Source of the DNA: Eledone cirrhosa
Lineage: Eukaryota
Assembly (NCBI GenBank): GCA_964016885.1
Contig: OZ024741.1
Location: forward strand, 116,746,001 to 116,810,000
Length of the DNA: 64,000 nt
Direction: 5' to 3'
Of this stretch, positions 53,654 through 64,000 are shown one piece after another. How positions within the stretch are numbered: position 1 is the first letter of the stretch; each line of letters opens with the position of its first letter. The translations under genes and the position numbers were made by a program. The notes below the pieces were generated by a model. The model searched no databases. It saw only the letters and a list, made by a program, of their open reading frames with translations, and had not been told where the DNA came from.

Positions 53654-55633
53654 TTACCTTACTTCTCGTAGGGGAAGGACGGCTTTTCCATCCTTTTCAC
53701 TGCTTGTGGCCTCCTCAGGAAGGATGTCCTTATAAATCCTCCTGGAGAGTGCTTGTCGGAAGTCTCCGATGTCTTTGGGGAATTTTTGTTTTAGTGTCAT
53801 GTACGTTTTCTGTGTGATGCGAGTGATTTGTATGTGTGGAGGTGGTGTGAATTTTGGGGTTGTTGTGTAGTCTTTTTCTGTGATGCTGGTGTTGTGTTGG
53901 ATGTAGTGTAATAATTGCTTGTTGTTCAAATTTAATGCTGTGTAGTGTGTATCGTTTTGGTTGTTTTGTTTTGTTTGCGTTTGTTGTGGGTTTGTTTCTG
54001 TTTCGAATTTTGGTGACTTTTGTGGTGTAGGTGATGGTGGTGCTGGGGATAATGATGGTGATGGTGTTGGTGTTTGGGTTGATGGGGTTGGTGATGCTGG
54101 TGTGGATGGTGGCATATCTGTCCTAACTTTTTTGTTTCTTAGTTTATTTGTTTCCCTCTGTATTTTGTTTTTGGAGGGGGAAGGAAGAGAATTTTTTCTT
54201 TTTTGGTTTCTTTTTTTTTTTCCGGATATCGTTTCCCACTCCTCGTCGTCACAATCTGTCTCCAGTTGTGATAGGCCGGGGAGTGGAAAATCCTCCACAG
54301 CCGTTAGTTTTGGTTGTGGTGTGGTGGATGGTGTAGGCGCTGGTGCTAGTTCTGAAGCGTTGGGTGGTGGTGGTGTTGGTTTTGCTGGTGGTGGTAGTGG
54401 TGTTGGTTTTGCTACTGTTGCTGGGGTTGTTGCTGTTATAGTTGCTTCTGTTGTTGCTGCTACAGTTGTTGCTGCCATCTCTGCTACTGGTGGTGTTGAT
54501 GGTTTTGTCACTGGGGTGGGTAGGAGAGGTGGCCTCAACCTTTTAGCCTGAGGGCAGAAAGCCCTTAGGTGGGTTCCTTCACCACAAACGACACACCTAG
54601 GTCTTCTGCCCTCGACAATTACCGTGAGGTGGCTGCCGTCAGTGAGGTCTATTACCTCTGGGATCTCCTCAATGCTTTTTTGGTCCGCTTGGATCAGGAG
54701 CTCCATCCCAGATCCGGACCAGTTTTCCTGCTTTTCTTTTGCTATTGTTATTATTTTCGTGTTGGCCTCGATGCCGGCGATGACAGCCGCTATTAGCCAG
54801 GGAATTTCGATGGCCGGTGGAACGTGGGTCACCCTGATCTTTACGAGTCTCTGGCCACAATAGCTTGGGACGAGTGTGAAGTCGTCACTTTTTAATGGGG
54901 CCATGGAGTGTTCTCTAGCCTCCTCTGGTGTTTCAAAGAACACATCTACGGTTCCATACTTTTGCCCACGTCTGATGTGGGTTTTTCTTGCCCACACATG
55001 TCCCAAAGCTTTTGGGATTTGGGACTCGGATGCCCGTTCCACTCGGCGCGATTTTACATTTATTGTTCTATACGACACGGTGCATAGGCGCCGATGCTCC
55101 ATTTTATTAGGTGGGGGGGGGGGGGTGAGGCTGACCCTGTACCCATCTTTCTTTACCATTTGTTTGGCATTTTCTAAATCTTCTTGAGTTACCGTGAACG
55201 CTTCGAATTGTTTTGCTACGATGGCGAAACTGAGGGTCGGTTTTATAATGTCATTGTTGTTGTTGTTGCTAGCGTTAATATTAATTTTATTTTCAGTTGT
55301 GGTGGTGCTGACGTCAGTCGTCTTTGGTGGGGAAGAGTCCATTTTGCTTGATTTCATTTCGACGTCACGAGTTACTTTATTTTTTTCTTCTTTTGTTTCT
55401 GTTGTCGCGGTGGTGGTTGTCGCGGTGGTGGTGGTGGTGGAGGGTTTAACACCTGCAGTCATTGGTAATGGCGGGAAATGAATGTCTGCCTGAGACAAAT
55501 TTAAAATATTGCTACTGCTTATATTTTTTTTTGTGTTGGCAAACGTAGTAACATTTACAATGGTGGTGTCGGTGTGAGGTGTTATTTTGTGAGGAAGGCT
55601 TTCAGCTGCTTCGTGCAGAGGGGAATTAGCCAT
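53654..55633 (-). CDS. ORF1: gag-like protein with CCHC knuckle (659 aa)
   Basis: CVVCGEGTHLRAFC (C-x2-C-x4-H-x4-C), Pro/Thr-rich tail, immediately upstream of ORF2. Confidence 0.9.
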   Translation of the reverse strand: MANSPLHEAAESLPHKITPHTDTTIVNVTTFANTKKNISSSNILNLSQADIHFPPLPMTAGVKPSTTTTTATTTTATTETKEEKNKVTRDVEMKSSKMDSSPPKTTDVSTTTTENKININASNNNNNDIIKPTLSFAIVAKQFEAFTVTQEDLENAKQMVKKDGYRVSLTPPPPPNKMEHRRLCTVSYRTINVKSRRVERASESQIPKALGHVWARKTHIRRGQKYGTVDVFFETPEEAREHSMAPLKSDDFTLVPSYCGQRLVKIRVTHVPPAIEIPWLIAAVIAGIEANTKIITIAKEKQENWSGSGMELLIQADQKSIEEIPEVIDLTDGSHLTVIVEGRRPRCVVCGEGTHLRAFCPQAKRLRPPLLPTPVTKPSTPPVAEMAATTVAATTEATITATTPATVAKPTPLPPPAKPTPPPPNASELAPAPTPSTTPQPKLTAVEDFPLPGLSQLETDCDDEEWETISGKKKRNQKRKNSLPSPSKNKIQRETNKLRNKKVRTDMPPSTPASPTPSTQTPTPSPSLSPAPPSPTPQKSPKFETETNPQQTQTKQNNQNDTHYTALNLNNKQLLHYIQHNTSITEKDYTTTPKFTPPPHIQITRITQKTYMTLKQKFPKDIGDFRQALSRRIYKDILPEEATSSEKDGKAVLPLREVR

Positions 55634-55863
55634 TTTTTTTCAAAGAAATTTTTGGATAATAATAAAAGTTAAAATTTTGGGCACAAGGCCCCAATCTTTT
55701 TGGGTGTCCTTTTCGGAAAACAATGTATGTGTGCTTATAAACAGTTTACAATAAAATTTTCCATAAATGGCAATTTTTAAACAAACGGAAATAACAAACC
55801 TTTGCGGAGCTCACGATAATACGATTTCCTACGTAGGTCGCCAATAATAATAATAATAATAAT

Positions 55864-57980
55864 AATAAGGTAATAATAATAAAGGTACCACAGTTCTGAT
55901 AATGAAAGACCGAATCAAGGGTAATGATGTTACCAACTATAGACCTATCACATGTCTGCCCGTAATGTGGAAACTGTTGACGAGCATTGTGTCTGAGGAA
56001 ATCTACCATCACCTCCACACAAACAACTTGTTACCGGACGAACAGAAAGGATGCCGAAAGAAGTCACGTGGTACAAAGGACCAGTTGCTTATTGATAAGA
56101 TGGTAATGGGGAATTGCAGGAGGAGACACACTGATCTTGCCATGGGATGGATAGACTACAGAAAGGCATTTGACATGGTGCCTCATTCCTGGATCACCAA
56201 AAGCCTGGAGATCTTCAGGGTGGCAGATAACATCAGACAGTTGCTAGGCAGGAGTATGGGGTCCTGGGAGACAGAGCTGACATCAACTGGAGTATCCTTG
56301 GGAAGCGTGAAGATCAAGAGAGGTATCTTCCAGGGAGATAGCCTGTCCCCTCTGTTGTTTGTCCTTGCCCTGATGCCCTTGACCATTATGCTGCGAAAAG
56401 TGAGAGCAGGATACAAGTTGGGAAGGGGAGAGCTTACCATCAATCACCTCCTCTTCATGGACGACCTTAAGCTCTTCGGGAAAAGTGAGAAGGAGTTGGA
56501 TGTGCTTGTTGACACTGTCCGTATTTTCAGCAGTGATATATGTATGCAGTTTGGTATTGGTAAATGTGGAGTCATTGTGATGAAGAGGGGTAGGTTGAGC
56601 AGAAGTAACGGGATCCAGATACCAACAGGTGAGATGATAAAGGAAATTGACTCTGAGGAAGGATACAAGTATTTGGGCGTTCTGGAGGCTGATGGCATAA
56701 AGAACAAAAAAATGAAGGAATTGTTAAGAACTGAATACATTCGGAGAGTAAGGAGCATATTGAAGTCACATCTGAACAGCAGAAATGCCATAAGCGCAGT
56801 AAATTCCCGAGCTGTGTCTATTATTAGGTACAGTGCGGGAATTCTGAGATGGAATGTTGCTGAACAAAAAGAAATGGATAGGAAGACTAGGAAGCTATTG
56901 ACTATCTACAACATGTTCCACAAGAGGAGTGATGTCGATAGACTCTACCTAAGGAGATCTGAGGGTGGAAGAGGTCTTATCAGCATAGAGGACTGTGTTC
57001 AGATGGAGAAAAACAACCTATACAAATACGTGACCTATAGTAAGGAGCCAATGCTCAGAACTGTACTGAAGGAGGGGACAGTAGGCCAGGGGATGTCCAA
57101 GGAGGAAATAACATCAAGGAGGAAGAGCAGCCTTAAGGGAAAATCCCTTCATAGTACCTTCTTTGAGAAAACTGAATTTAGAGATCCACAGACATGGAAC
57201 TGGTTGAGAAGAGGAGACCTCAAAAAGGCTACAGAAGGAATGCTAATGGCTGCGCAGGAGCTGGCCCTCAAAACGAAGTGGTTGAAGCACCATATCTACA
57301 AGGAGGAGGCTAGCCCACTGTGCAGGATCTGTGGAGAGAGAGAGGAGACTGTGGCTCACATTGTGTCCGAGTGTAAACACCTAGCCCAGACCCACTATAA
57401 GGGCTGGAGACACGATGTGATGGGCAGGGTGATCCACTGGCACCTGTGCAAAGTAAACAATCTACCACATTCTGAGAAATGGTATGAGCATAGGCCAGAG
57501 GCGGTGATGGAGAACAATCAGGTGAAGGTGCTGTGGGATTTTAGGATACAGACGGACAAAAAACTGGAACACAATAGACCTGACCTGGTGGTTGTGGACA
57601 AAGAAAAAAGATCGTGCCTGATTGTGGATGTGGCCTGCCCGTTCGACACGAGAGTGCAAGAGAAGGAGAGGGAGAAAATTAACCGATACCAGGACCTAAA
57701 GTGGGAGGTGAAAAGGATTTGGAACTGCCATGAAGTCAAAGTGATCCCGATTGTCATAGGCGCACTGGGGACTATCTCCAAAAGTTTCCAGGGATGGTTA
57801 AAGAAAATCGGCCCCTTCACGCTTTTTGGAACGCTTCAAAAGGCATGCTTGCTTGGAACAGCAAGAACCCTCCGATACGTCCTGAATATCTGAGGCTGCA
57901 GGTAGTGGCTTGATATTCAATCCAACGGACTTTCCAGTTAACCAACATCAATGACTGAGATTCAAGGAATAACAATAACA

Positions 57981-57981
<1 letters not shown>
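55864..57981 (+). mobile_element. 5'-truncated R4/Dong-type LINE (family B), ORF open 55902-57893
   Basis: [31 protein letters not shown]; (TAA)n tail. Confidence 0.92.
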
Positions 57982-58053
<72 letters not shown>

Positions 58054-58057
<4 letters not shown>

Positions 58058-58572
58058 AAGTGGTATGAGCATAAGCCAGAGTCGGTGATAGAAAACGATC
58101 AGGTGAAAGTGCTGTGGGATTTTAGGATACAGGCGGACAAGAAACTGGAACACAATAGACCTGACCTGGTGGTTTTGGACAAGGAAAAAAGATCGTGCCT
58201 GATTGTGGATGTGGCCTGCCCATTCGACACGAGAGTGCAAGAGAAGGAGAGGGAGAAAATTAACCGATACCAGGACTTAAAGTGGGAGGTAAAAAGGATT
58301 TGGAACTGCCATGAAGTCAAAGTGGTCCCGATTGTCATAGGCGCACTAGGTACTATCTCAAAAAGTTTCCAGGGATGGTTAGAAAAAATTGGCCCCGCCA
58401 CGCTTTTTGGAACGCTACAAAAGGCATGCTTGCTGGGAACAGCAAAAACCCTCCGATACGTCCTGAATATCTGAGGCTGCAGGTAGTGGCTTGATATTCA
58501 TTTCAACAAACTTTCCAGTTAACTAACATCAATGACTGAGACTCAAAGAACAATAATAATAATAACAATAAC
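58054..58572 (+). mobile_element. Family B (second subfamily) 3' fragment
   Basis: Shares diagnostic bases with 13549-14085. Confidence 0.9.
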
Positions 58573-58764
58573 GTTTTCTAATAACAACAATAATGGTAAT
58601 AAAAAGAACGATTTGTTATGCCTTCATTACGTTGATTGAGTAGTGACGCGCATTTCGCTATTGATCAGCTCAAGGTTCGATCTGTATAGATCTAGCCCGA
58701 CTCTGGAATCAAAAACTCGTCGGACCTCTGGTGTGGTAATGCCGTTATGTGTATATATATATAT

Positions 58765-59481
58765 TTGTTTACACTCGTGTCCCCTTTATTTACGTGTCCC
58801 AACGACTTGTTTTAGCCGTTGCTCGCACCAACCGGAGGTATATGGTCTTTAAAGCGATGAAATACGAATGATGGTTGGAAGATCACTGATGAAGGACTAA
58901 CTTTATTCATATGTAACCCATTAGCAACCCCGCAGCACGTTTATCCTCATATTTACACATATTTTTTCCCCTGCTGTTACCCGTCTATTTCGTTCTTACT
59001 GCTTCCTCTTTCTCTGTATCTTTACCCTCTCTAGCAGTCACTCTCTCTGTTAGCCTCTTCCTCACCCTTCACTCACTCATCCTCCTCCTCCTTCTTCCCG
59101 TTTGACCTGTGCGTAATTCTTTTCTTTCGCACGCTTGGCCAGGCCGGTCGGCATTTTTTCTCTCTCTCGTCTACGATTTCACAGAACTTATGTTTACCGA
59201 ATTCACAGACTAGACCCCCTTCTTCTTCCCGTTAGACCTGTGCGAAATTCCTTACTTGCTCACATTTCAACCAGGTTTGATAGTCTTTATTCTCTCTCGT
59301 TCACGATTTCACCGAATTTAAATTCATAGAAATTTGGGACTTGACTCCCTCTTCCTCACTTTTCGTTGCTTCACCATTTTTGTTTGTTTACACTCGTGTC
59401 CCATTTATTTACGTGTCCCAACGACTTTTTTTATGAAATACCAATGATGGTTGGAAGATCACTGATGAAGGACTAACTTTA

Positions 59482-59487
<6 letters not shown>
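58765..59487 (+). mobile_element. Non-coding terminally redundant element, ~619-nt unit, in (TA)n
   Basis: ttgtttacactcg at 58765 and 59384; second repeat internally deleted; homolog of 37575-38210. Confidence 0.75.
58796..58897 (+). ncRNA. Second copy of the candidate permuted kink-turn hammerhead
   Basis: Gap-free alignment to 37637-37739 (-) with compensatory changes. Confidence 0.55.
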
Positions 59488-59520
<33 letters not shown>

Positions 59521-59526
<6 letters not shown>

Positions 59527-62504
59527 GAGAGTAAAACAAAGAAGCCTTCAATACATCAAAAGTCTTTATTAGCCGACAATGTTTCGTCCTATTAAGGACT
59601 CATCAGGGCAATTCAAACAACAAGAAGTAATAACGGCAGATACAAGCCAGAAGCTCCGAAGAATATGGAGTGTACATATACTAAAGTATTGCAAAAATAT
59701 ATAATAAAAATAATAAAAATAATAAAAATATATAATGAAAATTACTAAGGATGTATGTGACATTAAGAACCATATTACAAATATAGTCCAAAGCAAAAAA
59801 AACCTAGAGCTAGACAAAAGTGGTTATATAGATCAGGAATCATATATAATATAATGTAATATAATATAATTATAATTATACCTTTACCAACATTAAAGTT
59901 ACAATGGAAAATCAAAAGGTACATTATGCATATGTATATATGTGTGCACACACACACACACATACACCTACAACAATACACACATCTATCTTCAACTGCA
60001 CAAATTTAACCTTATCAAGAGTTTGAATATGAAAATGAGCATGATAGGAATGAGAATAATAATAATGATAATACAAATACATCTACCCAATATACATAGG
60101 GTAATAATATGATATAATTATAAGCAGCATATATAATCAATAATAAACAATACAATTATATACTATATAATACAATATAATAGAATGGATAATCTCCGGT
60201 TAATTTACACAAACAATATAGATGTCACAATAATAATATAATTATAATATAATATAACATACCAAGATGTATAATATACAATATACTAACACTTATAATT
60301 AACAAATCAATTCATATTGGGTTACAGAGTAGGCGAGGAAAAATAAATAAATTGTACAATATCCCCAAAGGAATTTTGTTGGTACAAAAATACAAAGATC
60401 CTACATGATATATAAAGTTTAACATATCATAATGTTACATATAATTAACGGTAAGTGATAAGGATCAATATTACAATAAAAAATACAATATAATATAATA
60501 TATTATATAAAATAAGTTGACATAATATAATATATAATTACTTATAATTACAAGGTTGGTAGACATACATATATATGGATGAGTGAGTAAATGCCAGACA
60601 GTAAATGCAATGCACAATATCAATAAAATATACAGTATAAAATATAGAATAAAATAAATAAAAAAATAAATAGAATCACCCGGAGATTAAAAAACAAAAA
60701 CAAATGTATGCAGTTAAGTATTTAAGTAAAACCTAAGGAAATAACACGTGAAAATGACTCGAAAATCCTATTTGATAAATTAATATTAAAAATATTTAAA
60801 CTATCTAATAAGGCAGTATAATATTAGCTATAGTTTAAGTAATTAAAGTTTATAAACATTAATATTTCGTTACAAATGTTTACAAAAAGGAATGAAAATT
60901 TTTTCCTATCATATACATAACGATACCTAAAAAATGACTTAAGCAGAATTAAGGTAGGCCAATAGGGACAGAAATGGAGAAATATATGGAGGATGCAAGG
61001 GGCATAAATATAGTCGATATACTATATTACTTAATAGAAAGGAGCGTAAAAGAGGGGGGGGGGTTAAATATAATCATAGTCAATTTGGAGGGGATGACAA
61101 TAAGTTTATGTGCGCATGGGGGGGGGGGGGTTATCCAAAGAAGAATCCGAATAAAAATAAAAATGAAAGTAAAAATAAAAATAAAAATAAAAATAAAAAT
61201 AAAATAAATAGCGTAAAATATATAATCTTATATAATTCAAAAGGTGTAATAGTGAAAATCTAATGCGTTAGAAGACAGATGTGGTACAGTAGCCAAAAGA
61301 TTATGAGAGCTAAAATAAAGAGTCATCAAAAACCAATGGTAATAATGATGATAATAATAATGACGTTGGCAAACAAAGGAACCTAAACTAAAAATAAATA
61401 ATGGAATATATCAGCTAATGGGTACAATGTGTACTACTAGAACGTTTAGGTTTATAATAAAAGTATGAATTAGAAATAGCGTGGGGGCAAGAAGAGAATA
61501 TCTCAGACTTTCTATTAAGTAAGGGTACGCTAGAGAAAATTATATAGTGTGTCTCAAGGATGCAGAGATTACAAAACTTAGTATGTGTAGAAAGGTGGTT
61601 AGAGCGTGCTACTAAACGCCAGTTAAGGCTATATGGTATATTAGCTCCCTTAAGATCCCAGATATAATGTGCTAAAGAAGAGGAATTCTTAAACCTAACA
61701 TGTTTGAAATTGGAGATATGGGAGTTAAATCTAGTCTTAAAAGAGTTAGATGTGGAGCCTATATAAGTTCTATTAGAGGAATTAGTTGTAACTTCGCAAG
61801 CATAGACAATGTTCTTAGAAAGGCAGTTACCGTTTAAAGGGCAGTTAGCACTTACTCTACAATTACACTTCCGGGTGTTATTGGTTGGCTCAAGTGGTGA
61901 TGCATTACACGTAGGATTGCTATTAGATAAGGACTGTTCCGGTGGTAATGCATTGCCAGATCTGTTCAGACTAGTAGTATGTAGAGGGGAGAATCCATCC
62001 CTAATTTTCCTATTATTAGTGCTAGCTAAATGAGAACTAATATTAGGGGTGGTAGAGAATGAAAGTTTAATAACATTTTTATTAAAAATACTATGGTATT
62101 TATGAGAAGGGGGGAAATTTTTCTCTAAGATGGAGAAGAAAGACCTAGGGATGTTAGATGATACTTCCTGATTATATGGCGGGTTAAAATAAGTATTTAA
62201 TCGCCTTCTATTTTTATTCTTACGGACTCTACCATTATCAAATGTCCCGCCATCGAGACTAGGGTTACTACAAGGATTGGTTAAAGCCGCATTCATAGAA
62301 TCAGCCAAAATTTCATTAAGTCTATTACAGTTTCTACCTCCAGTAGATCTTCTGCTGCCCGGAATCCCATCAAACGGATTGGGGCCAATGATAGGATCAG
62401 TAGGAGCAACATTATCAGAATAAGATCCAGCAAAATTATCACCAATGTGTGAGCGTTCAGGGGGTTCTACTTGTTTCCTAGAGGTATTATATTCACTATT
62501 ACGA

Positions 62505-62506
<2 letters not shown>
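59521..62506 (-). mobile_element. 5'-truncated Penelope-like element (GIY-YIG ORF 61415-~62505)
   Basis: YFNPPY, CNCRVSANCPLNGNC, IVY..TYIG, CNLCILE, LNRKSE..CPH; (TA)n flanks. Confidence 0.9.
59572..59609 (-). ncRNA. Canonical minimal type I hammerhead
   Basis: gcc-CTGATGA-gtcct-taat-aggac-GAAAC-att-GTC-ggc, 50 nt from the 3' (TA)n junction. Confidence 0.9.
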
Positions 62507-62575
<69 letters not shown>

Positions 62576-62710
62576 AACGAGTAAGACCCCGACGGCTGAG
62601 CTCAAGCTGTTTCGACGGCTAATTCTGGACTATTACCCACTCTACTACCCTAAGTATTGAGTACTTTGGTGCGTTATGGTCCACCTGGTTCCTTACCACA
62701 TTTCCTTCGT

Positions 62711-62742
<32 letters not shown>

Positions 62743-63366
62743 CAGCTATGCCTGAAGCTAAATCCTCGATGATTTAGTGTTAAAGAATAAAAACTGATGA
62801 TAAAATAAAATAATATTTTAAAAAATGATGCCCCGGAGGGTGTGTGACCCTAAGCTATAGCTTATTTAGTTTATAGGTAAGTTCAGCACTGATCCTTTGG
62901 GATGGATGAGTACGCTGACTCTCACTTTTGGCCCTGGAACATTTTTCTGAAACACCCAGAGAATTGCTTATTGTGGCAGGCTAAACTTAGTGAGGGACTG
63001 GATACTTGGAGAGGAGATGGGCACTTCCAAGCATTTCTAAAACCCATTGAAATGCCATGATGGACTCACAGTCAAACATCTTGGGAGGGGGTCTGGTTGC
63101 ATTTGATTTTATTTTGATTTTAATTTGAATCGTATGACGATGATGATGGTGAAGATGAAGATGATGACGAATGGGGAGCAATGAACCCTTTTCAGGGACC
63201 CTGTGACTGATGGTGGCGGTGGTGGGTGTGGTGGTGATGATAGGGGTAACATATTTTCAGAATGGAAACCTGACCTGAATGTTTTCAACGGAATGGACTA
63301 CACTAAATAACGCACACCAGGGCCATGTGGTGTTGTTAAACTGGGACACGGAGCGTGTAATTATCG

Positions 63367-63963
63367 TACCTACCTACCTACCTACCTACCTACCTACCTA
63401 CCTACCTACCTACCTACCTACCTACCTACCTACCTACCTACTTACCTACCTACCTACCTACCTACCTACCTACCTTCCAACCTACCTACCTATCTACCTA
63501 CCTGCCTGCCTATCTACCTACCTGCCTGCCTATCTACCTATCTATCTACCTACCTACCAAGCTAGCTAGCTAGCTACCTACTTACCTACCTCTCTATCTA
63601 CCTACTTACATACATACATACATATATACATATCTACCTACCTACCTACCTACCTACCTACCTACCTACCTACCTACCTACCTACCTACCTACCTACCTA
63701 CCTACCTACCTACCTACCTACCTACCTACCAACCTACCTACCTATCTACCTACCTGCCTGCCTATCTACCTACCTGCCTGCCTATCTACCTATCTATCTA
63801 CCTACCTACCAAGCTAGCTAGCTAGCTACCTACTTACCTACCTCTCTATCTACCTACTTACATACATACATACATATATACATATCTACCTACCTACCTA
63901 CCTACCTACCTACCTACCTACCTACCTACCTACCTACCTACCTACCTCTCTACCCACCTACCT
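63367..63963. repeat. (CCTA)n microsatellite with a ~250-bp higher-order duplication
   Basis: The caagctagctagctagc landmark occurs at ~63558 and ~63810. Confidence 0.9.
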
Positions 63964-64000
63964 ATATACATACTTGGGCCGAGCAACAGCAAAAAAAGAA

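Larger units (their letters stand above)
49957..55842 (-). mobile_element. Full-length, apparently intact Tx1-clade LINE in (ATT)n
   Basis: Two open ORFs, AATAAA just before the 3' junction, (TAA)n on both flanks. Confidence 0.9.

Noticed and set aside
50149-55481. Plus-strand ORFs over Tx1 and minus-strand ORFs over the R4 LINEs and Tc1
   Set aside because: Antisense shadows of real coding frames.
55675-55842. Tx1 5' UTR as an HDV-like ribozyme or captured SINE tail (ggccttgtgccc)
   Set aside because: Could not build the nested double pseudoknot; the SINE match is only ~15 nt.
63367-63963. (CCTA)n as telomeric repeat
   Set aside because: Tetramer TAGG, not TTAGGG; internal and mixed with other microsatellites.

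Overview
AT-rich, microsatellite-saturated animal genomic DNA. The SINE-like repeats resemble those I recognise from octopus genomes, so a cephalopod source is likely (inference). The window is mostly nested mobile DNA: (i) many Penelope-like retroelement (PLE; RT + GIY-YIG) remnants and non-coding relatives in (TA)n, most with a hammerhead ribozyme (HHR) near the 3' end and many arranged as fold-back palindromes; (ii) two R4/Dong-type RLE-endonuclease LINE families stacked in each other's (TAA)n tails; (iii) one intact and one decayed Tx1-clade LINE, both next to (ATT)n; (iv) a dead IR/DR Tc1 transposon, RTE fragments, SINEs and an LTR-like pair. The only apparent host genes are two unrecognised, paralogous single-exon ORFs (23565-24002 and 40443-40859) sharing a conserved upstream block. 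The most striking candidate is a non-coding, terminally redundant retrozyme-like family (37575-38210, 58765-59487). Its conserved motif has every hammerhead core element but in a permuted, pseudoknotted order, with a kink-turn in stem III. All RNA structures were paired by eye and none is tested.
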